Sequence record: OM718002.1
DNA: 64,000 nt
Direction: 5' to 3' (one strand)
The position numbers and the translations under genes were made by a program. How positions within the stretch are numbered: position 1 is the first letter of the stretch; each line of letters begins with the position of its first letter. Positions 21,364 to 40,948 of the stretch are shown here, in pieces. Below the pieces are notes generated by a model. That model was not told the DNA's origin and searched no databases. It worked only from the letters and a program-made list of their open reading frames with translations.

Positions 21364-22179
21364 TCATTTATCTATTTCAGCGTTTGGATCATACCAAGGT
21401 AATAAACTTAGTAATGCCGGTTGTTGTTTCTTCATATCCTCTAAGATTGTTGCTTCACTTGCACCTTCTAACATAGTGGTGAAAGTAATCATGTTCTTAG
21501 AGTTATATATCGGACGTAGACCATTACCAAAGAATTTTACCTGTTGAACCATTATTTTGAAATCAGGGTTATCGACTACATCTGGGATATAGATATCAGG
21601 TGGCGCACTGAAATAACGTTTAATTAACTCAATAGCCCAATACGTTGGTAAATCACCAAACTGTGATTTCACTGTAGCTAGGTTTAATTGGAATGCTTTA
21701 GGTTCTTCAGGCGGTGGTTCCACCGGATCAACTGGATCAGTGGGTTCTTCAGGGTCAGTAGGTTCAGTTGGCTCTTCAGGATCCTCTGGATCGCCTTCTG
21801 TTGGCTTTTCTTCAGATGTGCCACCATCAGGGTCACCTGAACCATCATCATCTTCAACGGGCTCCTCAGGCGTTTCTATAGGCTCCTTCGGATCTTCCTG
21901 ATTCTCCGATAGATCGGGCTCTTCTGATTCCCCATCTCCATTTGCTTCAGTAGAAGACGTGTCTTCTGATTCTTCATCTGTTGTCGAGTCAGTTGCGGCT
22001 GTGTTTTCTGAATCGGCAGTGGTATTTTCATTTTCACTTGATTCAGTAGAAACAATTTCAGTAGGAGTGGTTTCAAGTTCATTGACACTATCCTCTGCAT
22101 TAGTTACTTCATTAGGGATTTCACTAATTTCTGATAATGTTACTGGTGCACTTACTGCGCGAGCTTTTCGTTTAGCCAT
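21364..22179 (-). CDS. Acidic, Pro/Glu/Asp-rich low-complexity protein (gp35-like)
   Basis: EDPEEPTEPTDPEEPTDPVDPVEPPP repeats followed by a folded C-terminal domain. Confidence 0.75.
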   Translation of the reverse strand: MAKRKARAVSAPVTLSEISEIPNEVTNAEDSVNELETTPTEIVSTESSENENTTADSENTAATDSTTDEESEDTSSTEANGDGESEEPDLSENQEDPKEPIETPEEPVEDDDGSGDPDGGTSEEKPTEGDPEDPEEPTEPTDPEEPTDPVDPVEPPPEEPKAFQLNLATVKSQFGDLPTYWAIELIKRYFSAPPDIYIPDVVDNPDFKIMVQQVKFFGNGLRPIYNSKNMITFTTMLEGASEATILEDMKKQQPALLSLLPWYDPNAEIDK

Positions 22180-22188
22180 GGTTGTACC

Positions 22189-22968
<780 letters not shown>

Positions 22969-23054
22969 CTACAATTATATTTGAGTTATTGTACTACAGA
23001 TGATAAAAGAGAAAATACATCATAAGCCCTCTCCTTATGGAGAGGGCATTATAT

Positions 23055-23258
23055 TTACATAGTGTTAAAACACGCATTAAATTTAGATAAAGAGCAACCA
23101 GTATAAATTAATGATTGCTCTAGTTGTATGATGACATCACCATTACTATCAAAATCAGCAGCAACAAAAGTAGATTCAGTTATCTTAAAAGTAGATGGTA
23201 GCATTTCTAAATAATTAAATATTGCTTGATTATCGATGTCATGAGGATTTAAATCCAT
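23055..23258 (-). CDS. Small hypothetical protein
   Basis: 67 aa; SD AGGT; followed by a terminator. Confidence 0.55.
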   Translation of the reverse strand: MDLNPHDIDNQAIFNYLEMLPSTFKITESTFVAADFDSNGDVIIQLEQSLIYTGCSLSKFNACFNTM

Positions 23259-23265
23259 ATGTTAC

Positions 23266-24135
23266 CTATACATAGATAGTTATGGACCAAATATTAACAG
23301 GGCTGCATAAGACAATTGTGATTAAATCTCCATGAGTTCTCTGATAATGGTTGGAACACATAACTTTGATTAACTTTAATTTTTTAGTTTCTTTATTTTG
23401 AATTTCTTTGATAAGTGATTCAATAAGATCAGTAGTAATAAGTGAATGACCATCAATAAATGGTTTTATACTTACTAGCGAATCTTTGTTAAATAGAATT
23501 GCATCATCATATTCACATGTAGATGCGGTCTTGTATATGGATGCAACTTTATTAACTTTGTCATTAGTGACTATAGAAAAATTAAATTCACTCTTAGTTT
23601 TACTCAACGATGTTTCAAATAATTTATATTTATCAATAATAGTTTTATTATCAATAAATGATTTCATCCCAATATTTAAATCTATGTCCAGTGTGTAAGA
23701 ATCATGTATTAAACCAATTGATAGTTGAGTCTCATTACCACTATTGTTAAACTTAATATTATTAACTGAACATATCTGATTATTAATAAACGATAATAAT
23801 AGTTTAGAAATAGTTTTAATAACATTAACTTCATAATCATTATTAGTACAAGCAAGTGCAGTTGTCATGTATCGACTAACTTGACTAACATCTAGTTTCT
23901 GATAGTTACTACTACTATCTACCCATGGGTCAATATTTAAAAAAATCCTTAGACTAGCTAGAATATCAGAAGATGTTTCAGAATAAATGAAAAACACATT
24001 ATTATTAAGATCATCTTTTAGCCAACCACTAGTTCTAAGATTTTCTAGATCTTTTTCATTAGATACCGATTGACTTAATTGCTGAATTAAACTAGGGTTA
24101 GCTAGGTTTAATAAACTAATCATTTTATAAACCAT
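23266..24135 (-). CDS. Hypothetical AT-rich protein
   Basis: 289 aa; SD GAGGA. Confidence 0.7.
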   Translation of the reverse strand: MVYKMISLLNLANPSLIQQLSQSVSNEKDLENLRTSGWLKDDLNNNVFFIYSETSSDILASLRIFLNIDPWVDSSSNYQKLDVSQVSRYMTTALACTNNDYEVNVIKTISKLLLSFINNQICSVNNIKFNNSGNETQLSIGLIHDSYTLDIDLNIGMKSFIDNKTIIDKYKLFETSLSKTKSEFNFSIVTNDKVNKVASIYKTASTCEYDDAILFNKDSLVSIKPFIDGHSLITTDLIESLIKEIQNKETKKLKLIKVMCSNHYQRTHGDLITIVLCSPVNIWSITIYV

Positions 24136-24225
24136 TTTATTATCCTCTAATTTATGTAATTACATGGAATAAATAACATAAGTACTTTTATGACTTATGA
24201 TTTGATTCTCCAGGAGGTTTTCCCA

Positions 24226-25464
24226 ATGGCAACTATTAAAGAAGTCCTTGATAGAAATTTTAAGGATGTTCAATTTGATCGCGATTTATGTAAAAGAATT
24301 ATTGACTTTACTATCAGTTTTATGAATAGGAATGCTGATCACTCTGCTTTCTTTGGTGGTGTATTACTAGGTGTACAACAAGTTAAATTCTTCGATACGG
24401 ATCGTGAGATTTGGTATGATGATGTTTTACGAATTGATGAAGCGCTGTTAGTCCAAGATTTTAAGTCAGTTGAATTCATTGACCCTAACCATCGTGTAAT
24501 GTCAGATGTATTCAATCATCTTCCTGCCTATATTTGTTCTAGGCTTTTAAAAACAACTAATGTTCCTTTGAATATTAGACATGAAGCAATGGTTAGTTGT
24601 TTCATGGTGTTGCATTTTAAATATCTAACATCTTTACTTGTACCACGCTTTAAATATCCTGCACGTAAAGAAGTAGCCGAAGCTGCATTCGCCGCACTCA
24701 ATTATCGATTTGACATTAAGACAATTGGGTCATGGGAGAAACTATTTAGGCAACGGGCTGAAGGTATCATTGCACCTGATTCTATTTATGCACCTTTCTT
24801 AACTGGTAAAACACAAGAACTGGATTATTGGTCTGGTCGTGTAGTATCTGATACTCAAACACGTCTACGTGAATTAATCAACAAGTACTATGATGTTTAT
24901 ATCAGAACACTGCAATCAGGTGGTAAATTAGTTATTTCATCAGACATGGCTATTAATTCTGATGGTGAGCAGATTCTACGCGATAAGTCTACTGGGTATC
25001 GCTCATATCTTACTTATATCCATCAAGTTGCGCAACAAGAACAAAATTTCATTAGACCTGAGTTAGTCGGTATTATTGAAAAGATAATGCCCACAATGCC
25101 ACCAGAAATGTTCATGGCGACACTTAGACACCTTTCCCGTAATATCGGTCAACCTAGGGCACAAAAGCTTGAGAAACTCGTAGATGAGTGCTTATTGTAT
25201 GCTTTCGATTATATGCAATCACTCCGTACAATGGTTGCTAGAAATAATGATCTACAAACATTGCTTGTAAAAATACGAGCAAAGATAATGGCATCTAAAA
25301 CAGAAAATGCTCAAGTTATTTTCATGCGTGAAGAAGGTGAGAAGTTAGTTAGGGATGCGACTAATTCTAGGGTACCTGCATATATCGCAGCAACTAGGAC
25401 TGGGTTGATGTTGTATTTAATTCTACGTGCTATGACTAAGAATTACTATACAAAAACAAAATAA
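24226..25464 (+). CDS. Conserved virion-associated protein (gp32-like)
   Basis: Start chosen at ATG 24226 with SD GGAGG; terminator at 25472-25492. Confidence 0.8.
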   Translation: MATIKEVLDRNFKDVQFDRDLCKRIIDFTISFMNRNADHSAFFGGVLLGVQQVKFFDTDREIWYDDVLRIDEALLVQDFKSVEFIDPNHRVMSDVFNHLPAYICSRLLKTTNVPLNIRHEAMVSCFMVLHFKYLTSLLVPRFKYPARKEVAEAAFAALNYRFDIKTIGSWEKLFRQRAEGIIAPDSIYAPFLTGKTQELDYWSGRVVSDTQTRLRELINKYYDVYIRTLQSGGKLVISSDMAINSDGEQILRDKSTGYRSYLTYIHQVAQQEQNFIRPELVGIIEKIMPTMPPEMFMATLRHLSRNIGQPRAQKLEKLVDECLLYAFDYMQSLRTMVARNNDLQTLLVKIRAKIMASKTENAQVIFMREEGEKLVRDATNSRVPAYIAATRTGLMLYLILRAMTKNYYTKTK

Positions 25465-25510
25465 ACATAATGCCCTCCCGCAATGGGAGGGCTTATGCTG
25501 TTAAGTAACA

Positions 25511-25873
25511 TTAGCTAGATTGATCATTACATAAATTTTTCAGAGCATCGTAAATAGCCACATAAGTAAAAATAGTTAAACTATCTTTAATTTCCTTACG
25601 CGGGGTACCACTGAATCCACCCCATGATACATTTGTATTACTAACGCATACAGTGCTAATAGCTGGCTCATGATAGCCACCATCTACTTTACGCTTTGCA
25701 TAAACCTTAGCCGTAATTTCTCCACGTAACTTTTTGAAGAAAACTAGAGCACCCGGAACGACTATACGTTTATTACCAATCTTCGTAATAAATTCTTTAC
25801 GATTAGTAAAGTGCTCTTTTAATAAATCATTAATAATTTTAGTTAAACTATCAATTTCATTCTTCATCGACAC
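25511..25873 (-). CDS. Hypothetical protein
   Basis: 120 aa, basic. Confidence 0.65.
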   Translation of the reverse strand: MSMKNEIDSLTKIINDLLKEHFTNRKEFITKIGNKRIVVPGALVFFKKLRGEITAKVYAKRKVDGGYHEPAISTVCVSNTNVSWGGFSGTPRKEIKDSLTIFTYVAIYDALKNLCNDQSS

Positions 25874-27060
25874 GTTGTTAGTTCCTTACAAATAAACTTG
25901 ATAACGTGATCACTTACAAATTTCAATGGACCAGAACAATTAGATTTCTCAATAGCGGTTTCAGTGTATGAAATTATTTGATTTCCACTTAAGGATAATG
26001 AATCAAATAATTCATAAGAGTTATTATTTTTATTCTTAAAGGATACTGCATATTGACTATTTTCACTATTGATGCAAAATAGGTTAATAGCTGGGATAGA
26101 TACAGAGTTATCTGAAGTATGGCTATTTTCCGTAATATTCCAATTACTGTATACAGTGAAAATATTTGCAGCTAGTAAAAGGTTGGCATTAACCGTTTCT
26201 AAACTAACATACTCCACAGAAGTACCTTTATGCCAATATAGTTCAATTGGATTAACCCAAGTATACCCAATGGTTTTATAGAAGGCATGCATTACATATT
26301 CTCGCCAACGTGTGGGTTTCTTATTATCAGTTAAAACACACGTAATATTGCCTGACGGATAAATGTGGTGGATGCTACATGCATTAATTTCATCTCTAAC
26401 ATTAGTTGTTTCAGTAATATTAGAATGATCCTGTTTGAATAGCCATTTTAAATGACTATTAGTTGTGTCATCACCTTCCCCATTTGCAATGTCATTTTCT
26501 AACCACTTTTCAAATGTAGCTTGTCTATCAGGTGTTGGCATTCCCCAATAGGTAGCTAAAATGAAACGATAATAGTATCGAATAATATCATCATCGTTAA
26601 GAATATTTTTATTCAGTTTCCAGTGATGTTGATACTCGTATACTTCGCTTGGAATATTATTTACTTGATACCATGTATTAATTAATACTTGAATTGTTAA
26701 TTGCCGAATACTCTCACTTGTTAGAGTGTAATATTCCCTGCTATGCGGCTCTTCAATTGTCACTTCTTGATCAGTATAACCAATGTATTTAGGTTTACCA
26801 CCGATGAGTGCAAAATTAACATTCCATGATGTATCATTACTAAAAGTGATATTAATAAAACCTTGTTCAAAGCTAGGCTTCACTACGAAACTGACATCAT
26901 CCTTCTGATATGTCATTTGCGTTAGAATACCAAAATTAATTTTAGATGTAAATTCTTTATCGAAGTTATGTTTATAAAGTAATCCTAGTAAACAATCAAT
27001 TTTATTAATAGTGTGGTTTTCTAATAATAAATCAGTATTTGTAAGTTCATTAATTTTCAT
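25864..27060 (-). CDS. Hypothetical early protein
   Basis: 398 aa; SD GAGG; TATATTAC at 27114-27121. Confidence 0.75.
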   Translation of the reverse strand: MKINELTNTDLLLENHTINKIDCLLGLLYKHNFDKEFTSKINFGILTQMTYQKDDVSFVVKPSFEQGFINITFSNDTSWNVNFALIGGKPKYIGYTDQEVTIEEPHSREYYTLTSESIRQLTIQVLINTWYQVNNIPSEVYEYQHHWKLNKNILNDDDIIRYYYRFILATYWGMPTPDRQATFEKWLENDIANGEGDDTTNSHLKWLFKQDHSNITETTNVRDEINACSIHHIYPSGNITCVLTDNKKPTRWREYVMHAFYKTIGYTWVNPIELYWHKGTSVEYVSLETVNANLLLAANIFTVYSNWNITENSHTSDNSVSIPAINLFCINSENSQYAVSFKNKNNNSYELFDSLSLSGNQIISYTETAIEKSNCSGPLKFVSDHVIKFICKELTTCR

Positions 27061-27187
27061 TTTAACCTCTCTAAAATTTACAATCTAGTTTTACTTATTG
27101 AATAAGCAAACATGTAATATATATCTTAATTATTTTTTAGCATAGTTTTTAACAACATAAAGCCTCCCCGAAGGGAGGCGATATGCT

Positions 27188-27369
27188 TTAGCTTTTTTGG
27201 TTAGTACCGACAGTCTGCTCATTCTTTTCAGTTTGAGCATTTCGCCGAAGTTGACTAACCAGACCATTGCCAGCCGCAACTACATCGGGAGAAAAGAATG
27301 CATTGATATCAAAGTTCTGATCTTGGTTGCGAGTCTTCCCAGGTGGGACCATCGGATATACTTTTGCCA

Positions 27370-27370
<1 letters not shown>
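27188..27370 (-). CDS. Small protein coupled to the tail tube gene
   Basis: 60 aa; TAATG overlap; terminator at 27162-27179. Confidence 0.65.
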
Positions 27371-28254
<884 letters not shown>

Positions 28255-28282
28255 ACTTTTCCTCATTCTGAAAGCCACCCAC

Positions 28283-30421
<2,139 letters not shown>

Positions 30422-30498
30422 CTAACAGTCAATCATAGATATTAATCATAGTTGACCATACTAGTTATTTTTTACTATCCATTTAAGGAGTAGCGGTA

Positions 30499-35829
<5,331 letters not shown>

Positions 35830-35968
35830 ATATAAAGCCCCCTAGGAACCACCTAGGGGGCTTTATAACGTCTTTTAACACATTATCCATATGAGACTAT
35901 ACTTTACAATTGCCGTTCAATACGGCTTTATTATGGCACATTAAAATAAGTACCTTAAAGGGCAGTGT

Positions 35969-38122
35969 ATGGACGTTATACTTTTCAATAGTGATTGGGA
36001 TAAATACTACAGCGCTAGTGTTGATCTTACTACTAAAAATAAATCTTTTATAAAGTTAGCCTTGACTTATAAAAAGATGGGTATTAAAAATTACAAATTT
36101 ATACTAGCTATATTGGACCAAGGTTTAATTGGGGTGGATCCATATGACCCTAATCTTAGCGAAGAAATGAAGTTTCGTATTAACATGGAATGCAAATATA
36201 ATCCTTGGTATTTTTTTAGGGAAGTGGCAAGAATCCCCCCTAACTCGGGTAATAATCCAATTCCATTCCAAGCTAACCGTGGTAATATTGCTTTATTCTG
36301 GTGTTATTTCAATCACGTAGATTTTGGTTTATTACAGCCTCGTCAGACAGGTAAGTCCGTATCAACTGACGTGCTCAATACAGGCATGATGTATATCTGG
36401 GGTGAGAACACTAAGATTAACCTTATTACTAAAGATAACAAACTACGCAATGCTAACATCGAGCGTCTAAAAGTAATGCGTGATTTGTTACCAGAGTATA
36501 TCCACTATACTGATCCATTAGATGCGGATAACTCCGAATTGATGACATGTATTAGATTAGGTAATAGGTATCTAACAGCTGTTGGTCGAAATGATGTTAA
36601 CGCAGCTGATAAATTAGGTCGTGGTCTTACTGTACCAAATATGCACTTTGACGAACTTGCCTATATTAACTTAATCGGAGTTTCACTGCCGGTAGCACTT
36701 GCATCTGGATCAGCAGCTCGTGATGAAGCTCGTCGTGAAAACCAGCCGTATGGTAACATCTATACAACTACAGCTGGTAATATTACTACCCGTGATGGTG
36801 AGTTTGCGTATCACTTCTTAACAGGTGGTTGCCCATGGTCTGAGGAATTCTTTGATCTACCAGATCAGAAAACTCTACATCGGGTTGTAGAGAAAGGCAC
36901 TACTGGAAAGAAACCTCTAGTTTACGGTGCATTTAATCACCGTCAATTAGGGCGTACTGATCAATGGTTGTATAATACTCTTCGTGAATCTGGTTCATTT
37001 GGTGAAATTGCAGATAGGGACTTCTTCAATATTTGGACAGTTGGTGGTGAAGGCTCACCCTTATCGTCAGATGAGAAAGATAAACTTAAAAACAATATGC
37101 GCGAGCCAAGCTGGACAGAAATCACTGATGATGGTTACACACTTCGTTGGTATATACCAAAAGATGAAGTAGCCTCAAGGATGATGAATAGTAGATTCGT
37201 TATGGGTACTGACCCATCTGAACTTCTTGGTGAAGATAATGACGCCACTGGTGTAGTTGTAGTTGACGTAGAAACACATGAGGTCATGTGCGTTGGTAGA
37301 TACAATGAATCATCAGTGCCATCAATGGGTAATTTCTTTGCAACAATGCTATTGAGATATCCTAATATTCTTTGGATACCAGAACGTAAATCAATAGGTA
37401 TATCGTTAATTGACCATGTTATCTTGATTCTACATACTAAAGGAGTAGATCCATTCCGGCGCATCTTTAACAGAATTGTCAATGAAGCTTCAGAAAGAGA
37501 AAATGATTTCAGAGACATTCAAACTCCACTATCAGCAAGACAACCATCGTTCTATGATAGGTTTAAACGTTATTTCGGTTATGCAACATCAGGTAATGGC
37601 GAGTATTCTCGTGATAATCTATTTAAGGTGGCATTACCATCAGCAATGCATTATGGGGTAAGGACCATCTATGATAAACCACTTAGCACGGAGTTATTAG
37701 CACTTACTATCCGTAATGGTAGAATTGACCACGCTAAGGGTAATCATGATGACTTAGTGGTATCATTATTATTAGCTCACTGGTTATTAATACAAGGTAA
37801 GAATTTATCTTATTATGGTATCAATGTTCCTATCTTAGGTAAATCAAAATTACGTGATAAAGAACCAAGTCAACTTGAAAAATATCATGAAGAGAAAGAA
37901 CAGCAAGGTCGTAAAGAATTTGAAGAATTAATTGACCGACTTCGCGGTGAAAAGAACCCAATGATTGCAGCTAAACTAGAAATGCGTTTGAAACAATTGT
38001 CTAAACGTGTTAATATTGATGATGGCAATGGTGTAGGTATTGACGCCATGTTAAATCAGGCTCGTGCAGAGCGCACACGTAGAGTACGTATTAACCGATA
38101 TTCTAAAAATAGCTGGTATTAA
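35969..38122 (+). CDS. terL: Terminase large subunit (phiKZ gp25-like)
   Basis: Walker A PRQTGKS; Walker B HFDELAY; coupling motif TTTAG; nuclease DPSE...HDDLVVS. Confidence 0.93.
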   Translation: MDVILFNSDWDKYYSASVDLTTKNKSFIKLALTYKKMGIKNYKFILAILDQGLIGVDPYDPNLSEEMKFRINMECKYNPWYFFREVARIPPNSGNNPIPFQANRGNIALFWCYFNHVDFGLLQPRQTGKSVSTDVLNTGMMYIWGENTKINLITKDNKLRNANIERLKVMRDLLPEYIHYTDPLDADNSELMTCIRLGNRYLTAVGRNDVNAADKLGRGLTVPNMHFDELAYINLIGVSLPVALASGSAARDEARRENQPYGNIYTTTAGNITTRDGEFAYHFLTGGCPWSEEFFDLPDQKTLHRVVEKGTTGKKPLVYGAFNHRQLGRTDQWLYNTLRESGSFGEIADRDFFNIWTVGGEGSPLSSDEKDKLKNNMREPSWTEITDDGYTLRWYIPKDEVASRMMNSRFVMGTDPSELLGEDNDATGVVVVDVETHEVMCVGRYNESSVPSMGNFFATMLLRYPNILWIPERKSIGISLIDHVILILHTKGVDPFRRIFNRIVNEASERENDFRDIQTPLSARQPSFYDRFKRYFGYATSGNGEYSRDNLFKVALPSAMHYGVRTIYDKPLSTELLALTIRNGRIDHAKGNHDDLVVSLLLAHWLLIQGKNLSYYGINVPILGKSKLRDKEPSQLEKYHEEKEQQGRKEFEELIDRLRGEKNPMIAAKLEMRLKQLSKRVNIDDGNGVGIDAMLNQARAERTRRVRINRYSKNSWY

Positions 38123-38176
38123 ATAAAAAAAAATAATAGTGCGACACCCTCTTCACAATGAAGAGGGTATTTGAAG

Positions 38177-38461
38177 TTAAGCAACTCTAGCGAACAAAAG
38201 ATTACTGGAGTTAGAATTAATATGATAGTTAGACGATCCGTCAATCCATTTAGCATCGGAAATCTTGTTTACAAGCTGACCATTGCCAATGTAACCTAGG
38301 AAAGTTTTATTATCATATACAGCAATTTTGATTAGCTCATTTCGTCCGTAGACTAGTGGCTTACCATTGAATGCTGTTACTTCTAAACCAGCCATGTATC
38401 CATAAATTGGATCAGGTCTGGAACTTGTTTCAAAGACTTTCATTCGAAGTCTCCACTGCAA
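38177..38461 (-). CDS. Hypothetical protein (start probably the second Met)
   Basis: 94-aa ORF converging on terL; terminator at 38146-38168. Confidence 0.55.
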   Translation of the reverse strand: MQWRLRMKVFETSSRPDPIYGYMAGLEVTAFNGKPLVYGRNELIKIAVYDNKTFLGYIGNGQLVNKISDAKWIDGSSNYHINSNSSNLLFARVA

Positions 38462-38659
38462 GAAAACCCATTTTGGGTAAAAATGTCAAGCTTAAGCTTG
38501 ACGACATATAGCCCTCCTGTTGCACCAGGAGGGCTAATCTTTTTCAGAACTTACGTTATTATTATGATTTACGATAGCTATCTCGTAAGTTCTATTTAAT
38601 GATGTAAACTAGTTTAGAATCCCATTAGTTATTAAACTAATGGGAATTCCTTTATACCG

Positions 38660-38944
38660 TCATTTGGCAATAAGTCCCTGAATCGTTAGGGTCTCGGTAT
38701 CAGATGCAGGTTGAGTCAAACGAGTTACACGAATATAATCCGTGTAGTCATCCAGGCTCGAACAACAGTTGCAACCACGTACTTTGATCTTGGTTGCTTC
38801 GATTTCGAAATCATTCAGTTTGATATCGCTACCGAAGTGATCGACCATACGTTGGAATAACTTACCGAATGAGAAAGTTTCGTACTCGCAGTCGATGTGG
38901 AGGACATCAACAGTGTCCACTGGTGGATTATAACTATTACTCAT
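38660..38944 (-). CDS. Hypothetical early protein with a CxCC motif
   Basis: 94 aa; SD AAGGAG; RGCNCCS. Confidence 0.7.
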   Translation of the reverse strand: MSNSYNPPVDTVDVLHIDCEYETFSFGKLFQRMVDHFGSDIKLNDFEIEATKIKVRGCNCCSSLDDYTDYIRVTRLTQPASDTETLTIQGLIAK

Positions 38945-38981
38945 TTGTCATCTCCTTGTGTTTATTTCGATTTAACTGAGT

Positions 38982-39197
38982 TTAGGAAAAATTGAAAACG
39001 ATTTCATTATCATGCCACTCCCAAGTGGCCACAACGATAGATTCGTCACTCCGCTTCAACAGCTTACCCTGACCAAGTACATGTTGATCGATCCACGTCA
39101 GTGGTCGACCTTCTTGTTCGGCCAATGCATTTAATACGGCTCCGTAAGTACCAGCCTCATAATTACCATAAGGGCCATTATACATTTTCGTTGTCAT
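38982..39197 (-). CDS. Small hypothetical early protein (start at Met 39197)
   Basis: Codon usage fits only from MTTKMYNGPYG onward. Confidence 0.6.
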   Translation of the reverse strand: MTTKMYNGPYGNYEAGTYGAVLNALAEQEGRPLTWIDQHVLGQGKLLKRSDESIVVATWEWHDNEIVFNFS

Positions 39198-39345
39198 GGT
39201 TGATTCTTTCATTAGTAATCGGATGGTTGTTGATGATATTGTAAGTGGTTTTATGTGGATCGACTTCACGAGTATAGTCGTCTTAGGTATATTGGTATGC
39301 CAATACCATTTCAACCTGTTCTTTAGTTACATAGAACTTTTTCAC
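39178..39345 (-). pseudogene. Small gene with an in-frame TAA at 39283-39285
   Basis: Strong SD AGGAGG plus GTG; 20 codons, TAA, then 34 further open codons with phage-like usage. Confidence 0.45.
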
Positions 39346-39373
39346 TTATACATCCTCCTGTGCCATGATGACC

Positions 39374-39709
39374 TCAGATATTCACCATGTTCGTGAAGTC
39401 GGTGTAGTTGTAGCCGGTATTCATATCGAGGTAGTCTTGTTCGACCATGTCGTTATTCAGGTACTTGACGTAAGCCTCGGCGTGAGCAGTGGCTACCGAC
39501 TTGGTGAAGAAGTAACGAGCGTACTGACGGTTCTGTTCGAACTGACGCAGGTTGGTAGTGGCCTGGCCGCCGAAACCATGGACCTCCATTACCCCGTAAA
39601 CAGTATGATCATCCAGAGTAGTGATCTGTGCAACCACTACACGAGAAGCATTTTCCGAATGGTCGATGAACGCCATGCTGTAAATCTCGATGTCTTTGAA
39701 GTCTTCCAT
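39374..39709 (-). CDS. Hypothetical early protein
   Basis: 111 aa; SD AGGGG. Confidence 0.7.
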   Translation of the reverse strand: MEDFKDIEIYSMAFIDHSENASRVVVAQITTLDDHTVYGVMEVHGFGGQATTNLRQFEQNRQYARYFFTKSVATAHAEAYVKYLNNDMVEQDYLDMNTGYNYTDFTNMVNI

Positions 39710-39944
39710 TAGAATCCCCTGTTAAAAATTGAATAGACAACCCCTGCCTCAAGGTAGGGACTTTATGTCGTTACTTGCTATGCAGATTTTCTTCGTGCAC
39801 AGCATCTGTTAACTGACGCAGTGGGTGGAGTTGATCAGGCATGAACTTCCGGAGATTCTCCAGACCGATTATTTTCTTCTTGAATATTGAAATATTCCTT
39901 TTGATATATTAAATAGTTTTGATTATTTCGGAGTTATTGAATAT

Positions 39945-40166
39945 TTAAGTTACCATCTGCTCTATATAAATCCGACTGATTTCATTTAAGTAAGCGAGTA
40001 CTAATATAACACCAGCCCAAATAACAATTTTTCGAGTAGTCTGTTTTTCTATTACACCTGGGTGTGATTCACGAATACTACGGTAACAAAAGACATAGAA
40101 CAGGCTTAAACTCATTGTGATGAAAATAATGGTAAACCAACCTAAATAGATCATTTTCTTCACCAA
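39945..40166 (-). CDS. Small two-TM membrane protein
   Basis: Two hydrophobic segments. Confidence 0.6.
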   Translation of the reverse strand: MVKKMIYLGWFTIIFITMSLSLFYVFCYRSIRESHPGVIEKQTTRKIVIWAGVILVLAYLNEISRIYIEQMVT

Positions 40167-40237
40167 TTGGATTTATGTATTTAAGAGGGAGTTAACACAA
40201 CGTGTCGAAGTTGTGTTAACTCTTTAGTTTATGACAG

Positions 40238-40507
40238 TTAGCTCTGATTACCCACTGCCATGATTTCGACATGGTAGGGCTTATCAGAATTATGCCCAAT
40301 GCAAGTCTCGCATTTGAAGATACGCCAGAACCCATAAGAAGGGAGTTCACGGTTTTTCACATACATGTAATCATGTGCAGCCGCGAGGTACTTTTGTTGG
40401 ATAGAGAATTCACAAGTGATATAACCTTTCTCACGAATGAACTCTTGTGTCATCTGATCAAAAGTCTTTTTGAGTTCATCAGTAAGATCGACTTGGATTG
40501 CGAACAT
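40238..40507 (-). CDS. Hypothetical early protein
   Basis: 89 aa; SD AAGGA. Confidence 0.65.
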   Translation of the reverse strand: MFAIQVDLTDELKKTFDQMTQEFIREKGYITCEFSIQQKYLAAAHDYMYVKNRELPSYGFWRIFKCETCIGHNSDKPYHVEIMAVGNQS

Positions 40508-40544
40508 TAAAACATTCCTTTTAGTATATTGAATAATAATAAAT

Positions 40545-40916
40545 CTATTGTTTTGTCAATAGAAAGATCTCTTTTAAAGCTGCATCAATCTGATGATACG
40601 GCCATGAATCAACACGAGGTTCGTTACCAAGGTATGTCCAAAGTTGGATACCTTGAAGTTTATTGTAGAATACCTTGATTTTGATTCCTTCGTGGCCAAC
40701 AAGACCTTCAATGTAAGCTACACCATGTACGTATGTAGCCCTAAGTGCGTACTCACTATCTTCACTGTCGCGCTGCATATATCTGGAATAGATGAAACTC
40801 TCATGATCAAATGGATCAGCTTGAACAATGTGGTCAAAAAATTTCTTTAGTTCGGATTTTTCAATATTGGTCATTACATTATCCTCATGATTATTGAAAT
40901 GATTTATTAAGTCCAC
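40545..40916 (-). CDS. Hypothetical early protein
   Basis: 123 aa. Confidence 0.65.
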   Translation of the reverse strand: MDLINHFNNHEDNVMTNIEKSELKKFFDHIVQADPFDHESFIYSRYMQRDSEDSEYALRATYVHGVAYIEGLVGHEGIKIKVFYNKLQGIQLWTYLGNEPRVDSWPYHQIDAALKEIFLLTKQ

Positions 40917-40948
40917 CTCTTAGAAGATAGACTTAATACTATTCGATG

